Shown piece after piece: positions 44,600 to 53,990 of a DNA stretch of 64,000 nt. Below the pieces are notes generated by a model. It was given only the letters and a program-made list of their open reading frames with translations, was not told the DNA's origin and searched no databases. Numbering within the stretch: the first letter of the stretch is position 1; each line of letters starts with the position of its first letter. Location of the stretch: assembly GCA_963831745.1 (NCBI GenBank), contig CAWHRD010000008.1, forward strand, positions 73,816-137,815, given 5' to 3'. Position numbers and translations under genes: made by a program. The DNA is from an uncultured Chloroflexia bacterium (GTDB taxonomy: Bacteria > Chloroflexota > Limnocylindria > Limnocylindrales > CSP1-4).

Positions 44600-45504
44600 G
44601 CACCCGGCGCGGCGCTGCCGCCCGGCGCGGCGCTGGCGGAGGGGGCGGCGCTGCCGGAGGGGGCGGGCGACGGCGTCGGCGGAGGCGCCAGGGACTCGGC
44701 GAGCCAGGCGTTGAAGGCGTCCCGGCTCTGCACCACGACCTCGAACTCCATCGCCTGGTGGAGCAGCCCGCAGAACTGGGTGCACTGGCCGCGGTACGTC
44801 CCCTCGCGATCGGCGAGGAACTGGATCACCTGGTCCTTGCGGGGGGTGATGTCACGCTGGTAGAGGAAGGCCGGAACGTAGAACGAGTGGATCACGTCGT
44901 TGGAGTGCATCTGCAGCTCGACGGTCTCGCCCACCGGGACGTGCATCTGGGGGGGCGTCCAGTTGGTGCGGTCGCCGCCGGGCGGCGGGATGCCGATGAC
45001 CGTGACGCACTTGCCCTTGTTGGCGGGCGCCCCGCAGTCCTCCCAGCGGACGTCCTGCGGCGCGTAGACGAACTGCCACTGCCACTGGTAGGCGACCACG
45101 CCGATCCGGACCGGCGGGTTCTCCTTGCGGGCGTCGATCGTGTTCAGCGTCTGCCACGAGACGACGAACAGGGCGAGGACGATCATGATCGGGATCGCCG
45201 TCCAGATGATCTCGAGCTTGTTGCTGCCGTGGATCTGGGGCGGCAGCTCGTCGTCGCCCTTGCGGCGGCGATAGCGCAGCACGGCGAAGAGGATCAGCCC
45301 CTCGACGAGGAAGAAGACCCCGATCCCGATCAGGAAGACGATGGTGTAGAGGTTGCGGACGGCCTGCCCCTGCACCGTCGCGGCGTCCGGCGGGAGTGCC
45401 GTCCGGGGATCGAAGTCCGTGCAGCCCGTCACGAGGAGGGCGGACGCAGCGAGCAGGAGAACGAGCACCGCCCGGCGTAGCGGTCTCCCCTGGGTGAACC
45501 TCAT
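44296..45504 (-). CDS. ctaC: cytochrome c oxidase subunit II fused to a C-terminal amicyanin-like cupredoxin domain
   Basis: ATG 45504 after GGGAGG. Lipobox LLVTGC and two helices. CuA site HSFYVP..CTQFCGLLHQAM. Pro/Ala/Ser linker, then a cupredoxin identical to that of the 40554..41756 product. Confidence 0.9.
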   Translation of the reverse strand: MRFTQGRPLRRAVLVLLLAASALLVTGCTDFDPRTALPPDAATVQGQAVRNLYTIVFLIGIGVFFLVEGLILFAVLRYRRRKGDDELPPQIHGSNKLEIIWTAIPIMIVLALFVVSWQTLNTIDARKENPPVRIGVVAYQWQWQFVYAPQDVRWEDCGAPANKGKCVTVIGIPPPGGDRTNWTPPQMHVPVGETVELQMHSNDVIHSFYVPAFLYQRDITPRKDQVIQFLADREGTYRGQCTQFCGLLHQAMEFEVVVQSRDAFNAWLAESLAPPPTPSPAPSGSAAPSASAAPGGSAAPGASQAPGAGATLTLSAQGIAYDTATLEAPANTPFKIVFTNNDAGIPHNVAIHEGSPTGREVWQGEIFSGVDTRTYDVPALPAGTYGFVCTVHPNMTGTLTVK

Positions 45505-45617
45505 CAGCCTCCCTCGACAGTGCATGCTGCCGTGCTCCGCCCGCGCGGGCGGCCTTCTCCCGGCCGCTCTCCGCCGGGACGCTGCGGACGGGAGCCCGCG
45601 CATGATACCCGAAGTGC

Positions 45618-46808
45618 GTGCGGAGATGCGCATACGTGCCATGCGTTGCTGAGCACGCGACAGCCGGGCGGCCGAAGACGCGCGAGAATGCGCGCGTGAC
45701 CGACCGCCCGAGGCTGCGCCGCCTCGCCTCCGCACCCTCGCTCCGCGCTCGGCGCGTGCGCCCGGTCGCGGGCCGCGCGCTCCGGGCCGGCGATCGCGAG
45801 GCGACCCGGCCCGCCGCCCGTCCTGCGCCCGCCGCACGGCTGCTGGCGGCGCTCCCCGTGGTGGCGCTCCTGGCGTTCGTCGGGGTGCCCGCGGCCCTGG
45901 CCCACGGGTCGGAGGTGCCGCCGCCGCCCGACCTGAACGCGTTCCTGTTCGGCTGGTCGTTCTATCCGCAGGTCGTGATCCCGCTCCTCGCGGCGGCCGC
46001 CGCGTACCTGTGGGCGGTCCGGCGGGTCAACGCGGCCCACCCGGCCAACCCCGTCCCGATCGACCGACCCGTCTTCTTCCTGGTCGGGCTGGCGTGCATC
46101 GGGGTTGCGCTCCTGTCGGGGATCGAGCGCTACGACACCGAGCTATTCGCCGTCCACATGGTCCAGCACCTGCTCCTCGTCTTCGGGGCGGCGCCGGCGA
46201 TCGTGCTGGCCGCGCCGATCACGCTGCTGCTGCGCGTCGCGACGCCCGACGTGCGCAGCCGCTGGATCCTGCCGGTGCTCCGCTCGCGGGTCGTCAAGGT
46301 GATCGCCCACCCGCTCGTCGCCTGGCTCCTCTTCACCTTCATCATGTGGGGCAGCCACGTCTCGCCCCTGTTCGACGCGGCGCTCGAGGACCCGCTGGTC
46401 CACGACCTGGAGCACGGGCTCTACCTCGCGAGCGCCCTGCTGTTCTGGATGCCCGTGATCGGGCGCGACCCCAGCCCGTATCGCCTCCCGTACCCGGTCC
46501 GGGTCTTCTACCTGTTCCTGCAGATGCCCCTCAACTCGCTCCTGGGGGTGGCGATCCTGTTCTCCGGGCAGGTCCTCTATCCGCACTACGCCACGACGGG
46601 CCGGCCGTGGCCGCCGTCGCCGCTGGAGGACCAGCAGCTCGCCGGGGCGCTGATGTGGGGCATCGGCGACGCGGGCTTCATCGTCGCGATCCTGCTCGTC
46701 ATCGCCGCGTGGATGCGCGATGAGGAGGCGACGACGCGGCGGCGCGAGGCGGCCGAGGACGAAGTGGCCGCGAGGCGGGCGGCCCGCGAGGGGACCGGGA
46801 CGGCCTGA
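45618..46808 (+). CDS. ctaG: cytochrome c oxidase assembly factor CtaG (Bacillus/caa3 type)
   Basis: FLFGWSFYPQVV, HMVQHLLLVFGAAPAIVLAAP, WGSHVSPLFDAALEDPLVHDLEH, LFWMPVIG. Start uncertain (GTG 45696 is possible). Confidence 0.8.
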   Translation: MRRCAYVPCVAEHATAGRPKTRENARVTDRPRLRRLASAPSLRARRVRPVAGRALRAGDREATRPAARPAPAARLLAALPVVALLAFVGVPAALAHGSEVPPPPDLNAFLFGWSFYPQVVIPLLAAAAAYLWAVRRVNAAHPANPVPIDRPVFFLVGLACIGVALLSGIERYDTELFAVHMVQHLLLVFGAAPAIVLAAPITLLLRVATPDVRSRWILPVLRSRVVKVIAHPLVAWLLFTFIMWGSHVSPLFDAALEDPLVHDLEHGLYLASALLFWMPVIGRDPSPYRLPYPVRVFYLFLQMPLNSLLGVAILFSGQVLYPHYATTGRPWPPSPLEDQQLAGALMWGIGDAGFIVAILLVIAAWMRDEEATTRRREAAEDEVAARRAAREGTGTA

Positions 46809-46818
46809 CGCCCGCCGG

Positions 46819-47886
46819 TCAGCGGGCCGGGATCGGCGCCACCAGGTACTCGAGGTAGCGGGCGGGGTCCACGTTGCCGCCCGACACCACGCAGACCACC
46901 CGGCCGGCGACGCCTGCGACACCGGCCTCCGCGGCGTGGAAGCGCAGGGCGGCGATCGGGAGGGCGCCGGACGGCTCGACGACCAGCCGCGCCTCCTCGG
47001 CCGCGATCCGGACGCCGGCCGCGATCTCGTCCTCGCGAACCGTGAGGATGCCGTCGAGCAGCGCGCGCAGGTGGGCGAACGTCCGGACGCCCAGCGCCTG
47101 CGTCCGCGTGCCGTCGGCGATCGTGCGCGAGACGTCGGCCGCCGACCACTCCACGATCTCGCCGCGCGCCAGCGAGTCGCGGGCGTCGGCCGCCAGCTCC
47201 GGTTCGACGCCGATCACCCGCGCCGCCGGCCGGAGCGCCTTCACCGCGGCGGCCACGCCCGAGGCGAGGCCGCCGCCGCCCACCGGCACGAGCACCGCGG
47301 CGAGGTCGGGAACGTCCTCGGCGATCTCGAGGCCGCAGGTGCCCTGGCCGGCGATGATCCGGTCGTCGTCGTAGGGCGGGATCATCGCAAGCCCGCGCTC
47401 CGCGGCGAGCCGCTCGGCGACCGCCTGGCGCTCGGCGCTGGCGTTGCCGACCGTGACCACCTCGGCGCCGTCGGCCAGGACGCGGGCGCGCTTGACGGCC
47501 GGGGCGTTCTCGGGCATGACGATGACCGCCGGGACGCCCAGCAGGCGCGCGGCGCGGGCGACCCCCTGGGCATGGTTGCCCGATGAGTAGGTGATGAGCC
47601 CGCGGGCACGCTCCGCCGCGGTCAACGACGCGGCCGCGTTGTACGCGCCGCGGATCTTGAAGGCGCCGATCGGCTGGAGCGACTCGGCCTTGAGCAGGTG
47701 GCCGCGCGCCGGGTCGCCCAGCGCCACCAGCGGCGTGCGGGCGGCGACGCCGCGCAGGGTGGCGGCCGCGGCCCGGATGCGGGCGAGGTCGACGAGGGGC
47801 GCCGCGGGATCGGCGGGCGCGGCGGGATCGACGGCCGGAGGACGCCCCGGCATGCCGTCCGGGGCCGCGGGATCCGGGGCGCTCAC
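46819..47886 (-). CDS. threonine/serine dehydratase (PLP-dependent)
   Basis: LKAESLQPIGAFKIRGAYN (PLP lysine), SSGNHAQGVA, PVGGGGLASG. Start is GTG 47886 or ATG 47853. Confidence 0.8.
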   Translation of the reverse strand: MSAPDPAAPDGMPGRPPAVDPAAPADPAAPLVDLARIRAAAATLRGVAARTPLVALGDPARGHLLKAESLQPIGAFKIRGAYNAAASLTAAERARGLITYSSGNHAQGVARAARLLGVPAVIVMPENAPAVKRARVLADGAEVVTVGNASAERQAVAERLAAERGLAMIPPYDDDRIIAGQGTCGLEIAEDVPDLAAVLVPVGGGGLASGVAAAVKALRPAARVIGVEPELAADARDSLARGEIVEWSAADVSRTIADGTRTQALGVRTFAHLRALLDGILTVREDEIAAGVRIAAEEARLVVEPSGALPIAALRFHAAEAGVAGVAGRVVCVVSGGNVDPARYLEYLVAPIPAR

Positions 47887-47905
47887 GGCGCGATCGACGG
47901 GGGCG

Positions 47906-48241
47906 TCAGCGATGCGTCCTGCCGCACTCGACGCAGGTGGTGGCCCACGGGACGACCTCGTGGCGCTCCGCGGAGATCGGTCCGCCGCAGATCTCGCAGA
48001 CCGTGTACGTGCCGGCATCGATCCGGGCGAGCGCGTGGTCGATGGCCTTGAAGCGGCGCTCGGACTGCTCGCGGAAGGCGAGGTCGCGCTGCTGGGCGAA
48101 GACCTGTGCCGCCGCCGCGGCCTGGGACCCGTACGTCATCTGGCCGGGCGCCTCGATCTCCTCGCCGAGCTCGGCGCGCAGCCGGGCCTGCTCCTCGAGG
48201 AGGCGCGCCCGGGCGGCGACGAGGTCGGTGACCGTTTCCAT
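47906..48241 (-). CDS. TraR/DksA family zinc-finger protein
   Basis: C-terminal CEICGGPISAERHEVVPWATTCVECG. N-terminal coiled coil. Confidence 0.8.
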   Translation of the reverse strand: METVTDLVAARARLLEEQARLRAELGEEIEAPGQMTYGSQAAAAAQVFAQQRDLAFREQSERRFKAIDHALARIDAGTYTVCEICGGPISAERHEVVPWATTCVECGRTHR

Positions 48242-48393
48242 CCGCTCATCCTAGCGGTCCCGTCGATGCGCGGAGCAGCGTTCCGTCCGTCGCGTGGCGC
48301 CGGCCGCCGGGCTGCGCGGCCCCGCGGGCACGGTCGTCGGGCGGCGCGGCCCCGTGGCGCGGCCGCAGCGCCTCGGCCGCGCCGCCGCGGCCG

Positions 48394-49179
48394 TCAGGCG
48401 CGGCCCTCGTTCGCCGACCCGCCCGCCAGTCGCTGGGAGAGGTAGACGGGGATGATCGAGAGCAGGATCAGGAAGACGGCCACGACGTTCACGATCGCGC
48501 GCTGGTTGGGCAGCTTCAGGTTGTTGTAGATCCAGAGCGGGATCGTCTCCTGCGTGCCGGCCGTGAAGGTGGTGACGATCACCTCGTCGAACGAGAGCGC
48601 GAAGGCGAGCAGGCCGCCGGCCACGAGCGCCGTCCGCAGGACGGGCATCGTCACGTGGCGGAACGTCTGCCACGTGGTGGCCCCGAGGTCCATCGAGGCC
48701 TCCTCGAGCGACCGCGACGAGCGCCGCATCCGGGCGATCGCGTTGTTGTAGACGGTGACCACGCAGAACGTCGCGTGGCCGATGATGATCGTCCAGAGCG
48801 CGAACGGGACGTGCAGCGTGTTGAAGGTCGCGTTGAGGGCCATGCCGGTCACGATGCCCGGCAGCGCGATCGGCAGGATCACGATGTAGGAGATCGTCTC
48901 GCGGCCGAAGAACTTGAAGCGGTAGACGACGAGCGCGGCCAGGGTTCCGAGCACGAGGGCGATGAGCGTGGCGCCGACGGCCGCCTCGATCGACAGGATC
49001 AGCGCCGCGTGGAGGTCCGGGTTCCCGATGGCGGCGCCGAACCACTCGGTCGTCCATTCCGTGATCGGCCAGGTCTGGCCGCGGGACCCGTTGAACGCGT
49101 AGAGCACGATGAAGGCGATCGGGACGTACAGGAAGAGGAGGACCCCTCCCGTCGCGATCCGCAGCAGCCAGCGTGCCAT
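48394..49179 (-). CDS. ABC transporter permease (PotC-like)
   Basis: Six helices with EAA-type loop SLEEASMDLGATTWQTFRHVTMP. Confidence 0.85.
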   Translation of the reverse strand: MARWLLRIATGGVLLFLYVPIAFIVLYAFNGSRGQTWPITEWTTEWFGAAIGNPDLHAALILSIEAAVGATLIALVLGTLAALVVYRFKFFGRETISYIVILPIALPGIVTGMALNATFNTLHVPFALWTIIIGHATFCVVTVYNNAIARMRRSSRSLEEASMDLGATTWQTFRHVTMPVLRTALVAGGLLAFALSFDEVIVTTFTAGTQETIPLWIYNNLKLPNQRAIVNVVAVFLILLSIIPVYLSQRLAGGSANEGRA

Positions 49180-49187
49180 GGCCGCCC

Positions 49188-50099
49188 CTACAGCGCGTCG
49201 AAGGCGCCGAGGCGGCGCATCAGCAGCAGGTAGATCCCCATGATGAGGACGGGGATCGTGGCGAACGCCGCGGCGAACGGGATGTTGCCTGCGACACCCT
49301 GGCTGTCATAGACGACGTTGCCGATGAACTGCGTGTTCGAGACGAGCTGCGGCGCGATGTAGTCGCCGAGCGTCAGCGAGAAGGTGAAGATCGAGCCCGC
49401 CGCGACCGAGGGCAGGGCCAGCGGCCAGACGACCCTCCGGAACGTCATGGCGTTCTTCGCCCCCAGGTCGGCCGAGGCCTCCAGCAGCGACGCCGGGATC
49501 CGCTCCAGGCCGGCGTAGATCGGCAGGACCATGTACGGCAGCCAGAGGTAGGTGAACACGATCACCAGCGCGATCTCGGTGTTGTAGAGGCTGACGTCGG
49601 GCAGGCCGATCTGGTCGAAGAACCAGTCCACGGGACCGCCCACCGACAGGATCGTCCGCCACGCGAAGACGCGGACGAGGTAGCTGGTCCAGAGCGGCAG
49701 CAGCACCGCCGCGAAGAGCAGCGCCCGCGCGCGCGGGCGGGCGACGCGGGCCATGAAGTAGGCGATCGGGTACGCCAGCGCGACGTCGAGCAGCGTGACG
49801 ATGGCCGCCACGATGATGGTCCGCAGGATGATCGTGCGGTAGACCGGCACGGTCAGGATCTGCTCGAAGTTCTTGAGCGTGAGTTCGTGGGTGATCGCCG
49901 ACGTCAGCGGGTCGAGGTACCAGAACGCCGAGATGAACAGGATGACGAGCGAGCCCAGGTAGACCACGCCGAACCACCCCGCCGGGGGGGCGAGGAGCAG
50001 CAGGACCTGGGTCGCCCGGTGCCGGTAGAGCGACGCCTGGAGGCGGCGCAGCGGCGTCGCGACGGGCGCCGGGGGCGGCGTGCGGGTGGCCGACGTCAT
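49188..50099 (-). CDS. ABC transporter permease (PotB-like)
   Basis: EAA loop LLEASADLGAKNAMTFRRVVWP. Six helices. Confidence 0.85.
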   Translation of the reverse strand: MTSATRTPPPAPVATPLRRLQASLYRHRATQVLLLLAPPAGWFGVVYLGSLVILFISAFWYLDPLTSAITHELTLKNFEQILTVPVYRTIILRTIIVAAIVTLLDVALAYPIAYFMARVARPRARALLFAAVLLPLWTSYLVRVFAWRTILSVGGPVDWFFDQIGLPDVSLYNTEIALVIVFTYLWLPYMVLPIYAGLERIPASLLEASADLGAKNAMTFRRVVWPLALPSVAAGSIFTFSLTLGDYIAPQLVSNTQFIGNVVYDSQGVAGNIPFAAAFATIPVLIMGIYLLLMRRLGAFDAL

Positions 50100-50194
50100 G
50101 GTGCTGGGACCCTGTGTGTGGCAGGGCCCGGCCTCGGCGGCGACCGACGCGACGCCGAGGCCGGGATGGACGCGCGCTCAGGCCGCCGCGAGGG

Positions 50195-51514
50195 TCATCC
50201 CTTGACCTCGGTCCACTTCTGGGTCCAGATCGAGTAGTCGGTGCAGGTCTGGCCGCGGTCGTCGCCGCAGTCCGGCAGCGGGGTCTTCCAGAAGGCGATC
50301 TTGCCGTAGTAGGCGGGATCGTTGACCGAGTAGGCCGTGCAGAAGTTCGTGAGCGCGTACGGCCCGTAGCCCGCGTCCAGGTACTTGCAGGCCTTCGGGT
50401 TGGCCGGCGACTCGCCGAAGTTCTCGGCCACCTGGGCCTGGACCTCGGGCGTGATCATCCAGGCCATCCACTTCAGCATGCAATTGGGGTGCTGGGCCTT
50501 GGACGACATCATCCACGTGTCGGCCCAGCCGGTCATCCCCTCGGTGGGCACCACGGCCTCGACCGGCACGCTCTCACCCTTGAGGGCGTTGGTCTGGTAG
50601 GGCCAGGTCGTGCCCACCACGGTGGCGCCGCTCTTGAAGTTGTCGATCTCGTCGGAGAAGAGAGCCCAGTACTTGCCGACCCACGGGCGCTGCTGCTTGA
50701 GCAGGGTCACGGCGGCGTCCAGCTGCTCCTGGGTGAGCTCGTAGGGATCGGTGATGCCGAGGCTCGGGTTGGTCGCCTTCAGGTACAGCGCGGCGTCGGC
50801 GATGTAGATCGGGCTGTCGTAGGCCGTGATCTTGCCCTGGTACGGCTGCGAGGCCGTCGGGTCGAACACCACGTTCCAGCTCGTGGGGGCCGGCGTCACG
50901 ATGTCCGTGCGATACATGAGGCTGTTGCCGCCCCAGCCGTGCGGGACGCCGTAGTGCTTCCCGTCGACGACGTAGTGGGGGGCGTCCTGCAGGAACGGCG
51001 CGATGTCGCCGAAGCCCGGGATCTGCGCCGGGTCGACGGCCGCGACGTCGCCGTTGGCGATGAGGCGGTTCGAGGCGTCGCCGGAAGCCGACACGCCGTC
51101 GTAGACGCTGCCGCCGCCCTGCCGGAGGAGCGTCACCATCTCGTCGGACGTGTTGCCGATCTTCGTTTCGACCTTGCAGCCGGTGGCGTCCTCGAAGGGC
51201 GTGACCCAGTTGTACTCCTTCACGTTCGAGCCGTCCTCGGCGTAGCCGGCCCAGATGATGAGGTTGAGGGCGCCCTCGCCCGGCCCCCCGACCGTGCTGA
51301 GGTCGACGGCCGGCTTGAGCGGGCTGATCGTCCCGTACGTCGAGCCCGTCAGGCTCGGGGCGGGGGTCGCGGCGGCCGCGCTCGCGGAGGGAGCCGACGA
51401 CGCAGGTGCCGAAGCGGGAGCCGACGCGGCCGGCGTCCCCGTGGCGCCGCCGCCGCAGGCCCCGGCGACCAGCGCGATGGTCGCCGCCGCCGCGGCGAGT
51501 CTGTGGGTCTTCAT
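50195..51514 (-). CDS. ABC transporter substrate-binding lipoprotein (polyamine PotD/PotF-like family)
   Basis: ATG 51514 after GGAGGAGGA, in an ATGA overlap with the ATPase stop. Lipobox LVAGACGG. LNLIIWAGYAEDG. Only the last 439 aa of the 835-aa track ORF are real. Confidence 0.85.
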   Translation of the reverse strand: MKTHRLAAAAATIALVAGACGGGATGTPAASAPASAPASSAPSASAAAATPAPSLTGSTYGTISPLKPAVDLSTVGGPGEGALNLIIWAGYAEDGSNVKEYNWVTPFEDATGCKVETKIGNTSDEMVTLLRQGGGSVYDGVSASGDASNRLIANGDVAAVDPAQIPGFGDIAPFLQDAPHYVVDGKHYGVPHGWGGNSLMYRTDIVTPAPTSWNVVFDPTASQPYQGKITAYDSPIYIADAALYLKATNPSLGITDPYELTQEQLDAAVTLLKQQRPWVGKYWALFSDEIDNFKSGATVVGTTWPYQTNALKGESVPVEAVVPTEGMTGWADTWMMSSKAQHPNCMLKWMAWMITPEVQAQVAENFGESPANPKACKYLDAGYGPYALTNFCTAYSVNDPAYYGKIAFWKTPLPDCGDDRGQTCTDYSIWTQKWTEVKG

Positions 51515-52623
51515 GGGGGTCCTCCTCCTGTGCGGTCCCCGTCGGCTGCCACGGGGAGGCTGTGCTGGCGCTGCCAGGCGAGACGAACCGGGCGGCCCTG
51601 CTGGGCGAGCGCCTCGGTCGACGACGTGGAGAGGTTCTGCTGGGTGACGACGAGCGTCGCCCCGGCGTCCAGGTGGACGATGTAGCGCGTGTCGGCGCCG
51701 AGATAGACGACCTCGGCGATGCGGCCCAGGGCGGTCGTCTCGTCGGGGCCGACCGGCCCGTCGGGCGCCGCCAGCCTGATCTTCTCGGGGCGAACCGTGA
51801 ACGTGCCCTCCCGGCCGACGATGGCCTCGGCCGCCGATCCCGCCAGGAGGTTGCTCGTCCCGACAAAACCGGCGACGAAGCGGGTGGCCGGCTTCTCGTA
51901 GACGTCCGCGGGGGTTCCGACCTGCTCGATCCGGCCGCGGCTGAAGACGGCGATGCGGTCGCTCATCGTCAAGGCCTCCTCCTGGTCGTGGGTCACGTAG
52001 ATGAACGTGATCCCGACCTCCCGCTGGATCGCCTTGAGCTCGATCTGCATCTCCTCGCGGAGCTTCAGGTCGAGAGCTCCCAGGGGCTCGTCGAGGAGGA
52101 GCACCCGGGGGCGGTTCACGAGCGCGCGGGCGAGCGCGACCCGCTGGCGCTGCCCACCCGACAGCTGCCCCGGCTTGCGCTTCTCGTAGCCGGCCAGGCG
52201 GACCATCGCCAGCGCGTCGGCCGCCAGGTGCTCGCGCTCCTTCCGCGGCACCTTCCGGATCATCGGCCCGTAAGCGACGTTGTCCCCAACGGTCATGTGC
52301 GGGAAGAGCGCGTAGTCCTGGAACACGGTGTTGACGTCGCGCTCGAACGGCGCGAGGTCGGTGACCTCCTGACCGTGGAGCTCGACGCGCCCGGCGGTCG
52401 GCGTCTCGAAGCCGGCGATCATCCGCAGGGTGGTCGTCTTCCCGGAGCCCGACGGCCCCAGCATCGAGAAGAACTCGCCCTCGGCGATCTCGAGGTCCAC
52501 GCCCGCCACCGCGACGACGTCGCCGTAGTGCTTCTGGAGGCCGACCAGCCGGATGGCCGGGATGCCGTCGTCGCCGCGCAGCTTCGGGTCGGGGCGGGGG
52601 CGTACGGAGGTGTCGATCGCCAC
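51511..52623 (-). CDS. ABC transporter ATP-binding protein (PotA-like)
   Basis: GTG 52623 after GAGAGGAGAGG. GPSGSGKTTTLRMIAG, LSGGQRQRVALARAL, LLLDEPLGALD. Confidence 0.85.
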   Translation of the reverse strand: MAIDTSVRPRPDPKLRGDDGIPAIRLVGLQKHYGDVVAVAGVDLEIAEGEFFSMLGPSGSGKTTTLRMIAGFETPTAGRVELHGQEVTDLAPFERDVNTVFQDYALFPHMTVGDNVAYGPMIRKVPRKEREHLAADALAMVRLAGYEKRKPGQLSGGQRQRVALARALVNRPRVLLLDEPLGALDLKLREEMQIELKAIQREVGITFIYVTHDQEEALTMSDRIAVFSRGRIEQVGTPADVYEKPATRFVAGFVGTSNLLAGSAAEAIVGREGTFTVRPEKIRLAAPDGPVGPDETTALGRIAEVVYLGADTRYIVHLDAGATLVVTQQNLSTSSTEALAQQGRPVRLAWQRQHSLPVAADGDRTGGGPP

Positions 52624-52818
52624 GCCTCTCCTCTCGTGGGCGGCGTCGCCCGCCGACGACGCGACTGGCCCCCGGACGCCGGGGCTGCGGAAGATTGAGC
52701 ACGACCGATGCGGGGTGTCAAGGTCTGGCGCCGCATCGGAGGACACGTCCCGGGGCGCGGCACGATCGCCTCGCCGAGCCGCTCGCCGAGCCGCGTGCAG
52801 GCCCGCTCGCGGGCGGCG

Positions 52819-52858
52819 GCGAGACCTCTCCGGCGGCTGCGAGACCTCTCCGGCGGCG
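52819..52858. repeat. 20-bp tandem repeat x2 in a divergent intergenic region
   Basis: GCGAGACCTCTCCGGCGGCT / GCGAGACCTCTCCGGCGGCG. Confidence 0.8.
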
Positions 52859-52888
52859 GCCGGTTCGCGCCGGGGCTAGACTCCCGCC

Positions 52889-53437
52889 GTGCCAACGCTC
52901 CCCGGTCGACCGCAGGCGCTCGCGCTCATGCTCCTGGGCCTCCTGTCCGCCCCGCTCGCCGCCTGCGAGGGATCGGCGGTGCCCGCGACCCCGGCGATCA
53001 CGCCCGGCACCTCGGCGGCGCCGCGCCAGGTCAACGTCATCCTGAAGGACTACGCCTTCGTGCCGGGGATCGTGGACATCGTCCCGGGGGAGACGATCAC
53101 CCTCAACGTGGTGAACGGTGGCCTCGACGTCCACGAGCTCGTCCTGGGGCCCGCGGCGGTCCAGCAGGCGTGGGAGGCGGCCGAGGAGCCCGCCGCCAAT
53201 CCCCCGCCGGGCCCGACACCCGACGTCTCAGTGTCGCCCGCCCTCGCGGGCCTGCGCGTGGTCGTCGGCTCCGGCGCGACCGAGACCGTCACGTACACCG
53301 TGCCCGCGGAGGTCGGGGAGCAGCTCCTGCTCGGCTGCCACATCTCCGATCACTGGGAGCGCGCGATGGCCGGCGCGGTGCGCCTGGTCGGGCCCGGGGG
53401 CGTGCCCCTGCCGACCCCGGGCGCCGGCCGCTCCTGA
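52889..53437 (+). CDS. cupredoxin-like lipoprotein
   Basis: GTG start. Lipobox LSAPLAACEG. Cupredoxin pattern INVILKDYAFVPG..GETITLNVVNGGLDVHELV..LLLGCHISDHWERAM (candidate His/Cys/His/Met ligands). Confidence 0.65.
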   Translation: MPTLPGRPQALALMLLGLLSAPLAACEGSAVPATPAITPGTSAAPRQVNVILKDYAFVPGIVDIVPGETITLNVVNGGLDVHELVLGPAAVQQAWEAAEEPAANPPPGPTPDVSVSPALAGLRVVVGSGATETVTYTVPAEVGEQLLLGCHISDHWERAMAGAVRLVGPGGVPLPTPGAGRS

Positions 53438-53596
53438 CGGTCGCGCCGGCGTGCGCGCGACACCACCACCACCACCCGCGGGACCGCGCCGCCCGAGTTC
53501 GCAAGTGGTACCCTCGCCCTGCGGGCACACGCGGGCCCGCCGCCGGGAGCGGTGCGGCCCGGGAATGCGACGACCCGATACGGAGGACCTCCAGAC

Positions 53597-53884
53597 ATGA
53601 CCTACGTGATCGCCGAACCGTGCGTCGACACGATGGACCAGGCGTGCGTGGCGGTCTGCCCCGTCGATTGCATCCACTTCGAGCAGGGCGTCGACCGGAC
53701 GCTCTACATCGACCCCAACGAGTGCATCGACTGCGGCGCCTGTGAGCCCGAGTGCCCGGTGAGCGCGATCTTCCCCGAGGAGTCCCTGCCGCCGGAGTGG
53801 GCCGGGTACACCCAGATCAACGCTGTCTGGTTCACCGACAAGGACGCCGCGCGCGCCATGGTCGAGGCCGCCAAGCCCGCCTGA
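53597..53884 (+). CDS. fdxA: 7Fe-type ferredoxin
   Basis: [43 protein letters not shown]. Confidence 0.9.
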   Translation: MTYVIAEPCVDTMDQACVAVCPVDCIHFEQGVDRTLYIDPNECIDCGACEPECPVSAIFPEESLPPEWAGYTQINAVWFTDKDAARAMVEAAKPA

Positions 53885-53990
53885 CCCGCGCCGGGCGCCC
53901 GCGGGCGCCGCGCCCTCGGCATTCGACGACCGGTCCCCGGCATCGGACGGCCGGTCGATCCAATTCCCGGCCCGGAGCCGCTTCGCCGCC

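Noticed and set aside
50195-52702. 835-aa ORF, together with the 752-aa ORF 41974..44232, taken as single genes
   Set aside because: Only the 3' portions are real: the substrate-binding lipoprotein from ATG 51514 and CtaE from ATG 42615. The upstream parts run out of frame through the neighbouring PotA-like and CtaD genes.
52692-52721. Minus-strand promoter TTGACA-N18-CAATCT upstream of the PotA-like gene
   Set aside because: The -35 is perfect but the -10 is weak and its spacing ambiguous (TCAATC at 17 nt or CAATCT at 18 nt). This is not strong enough to list as a feature.
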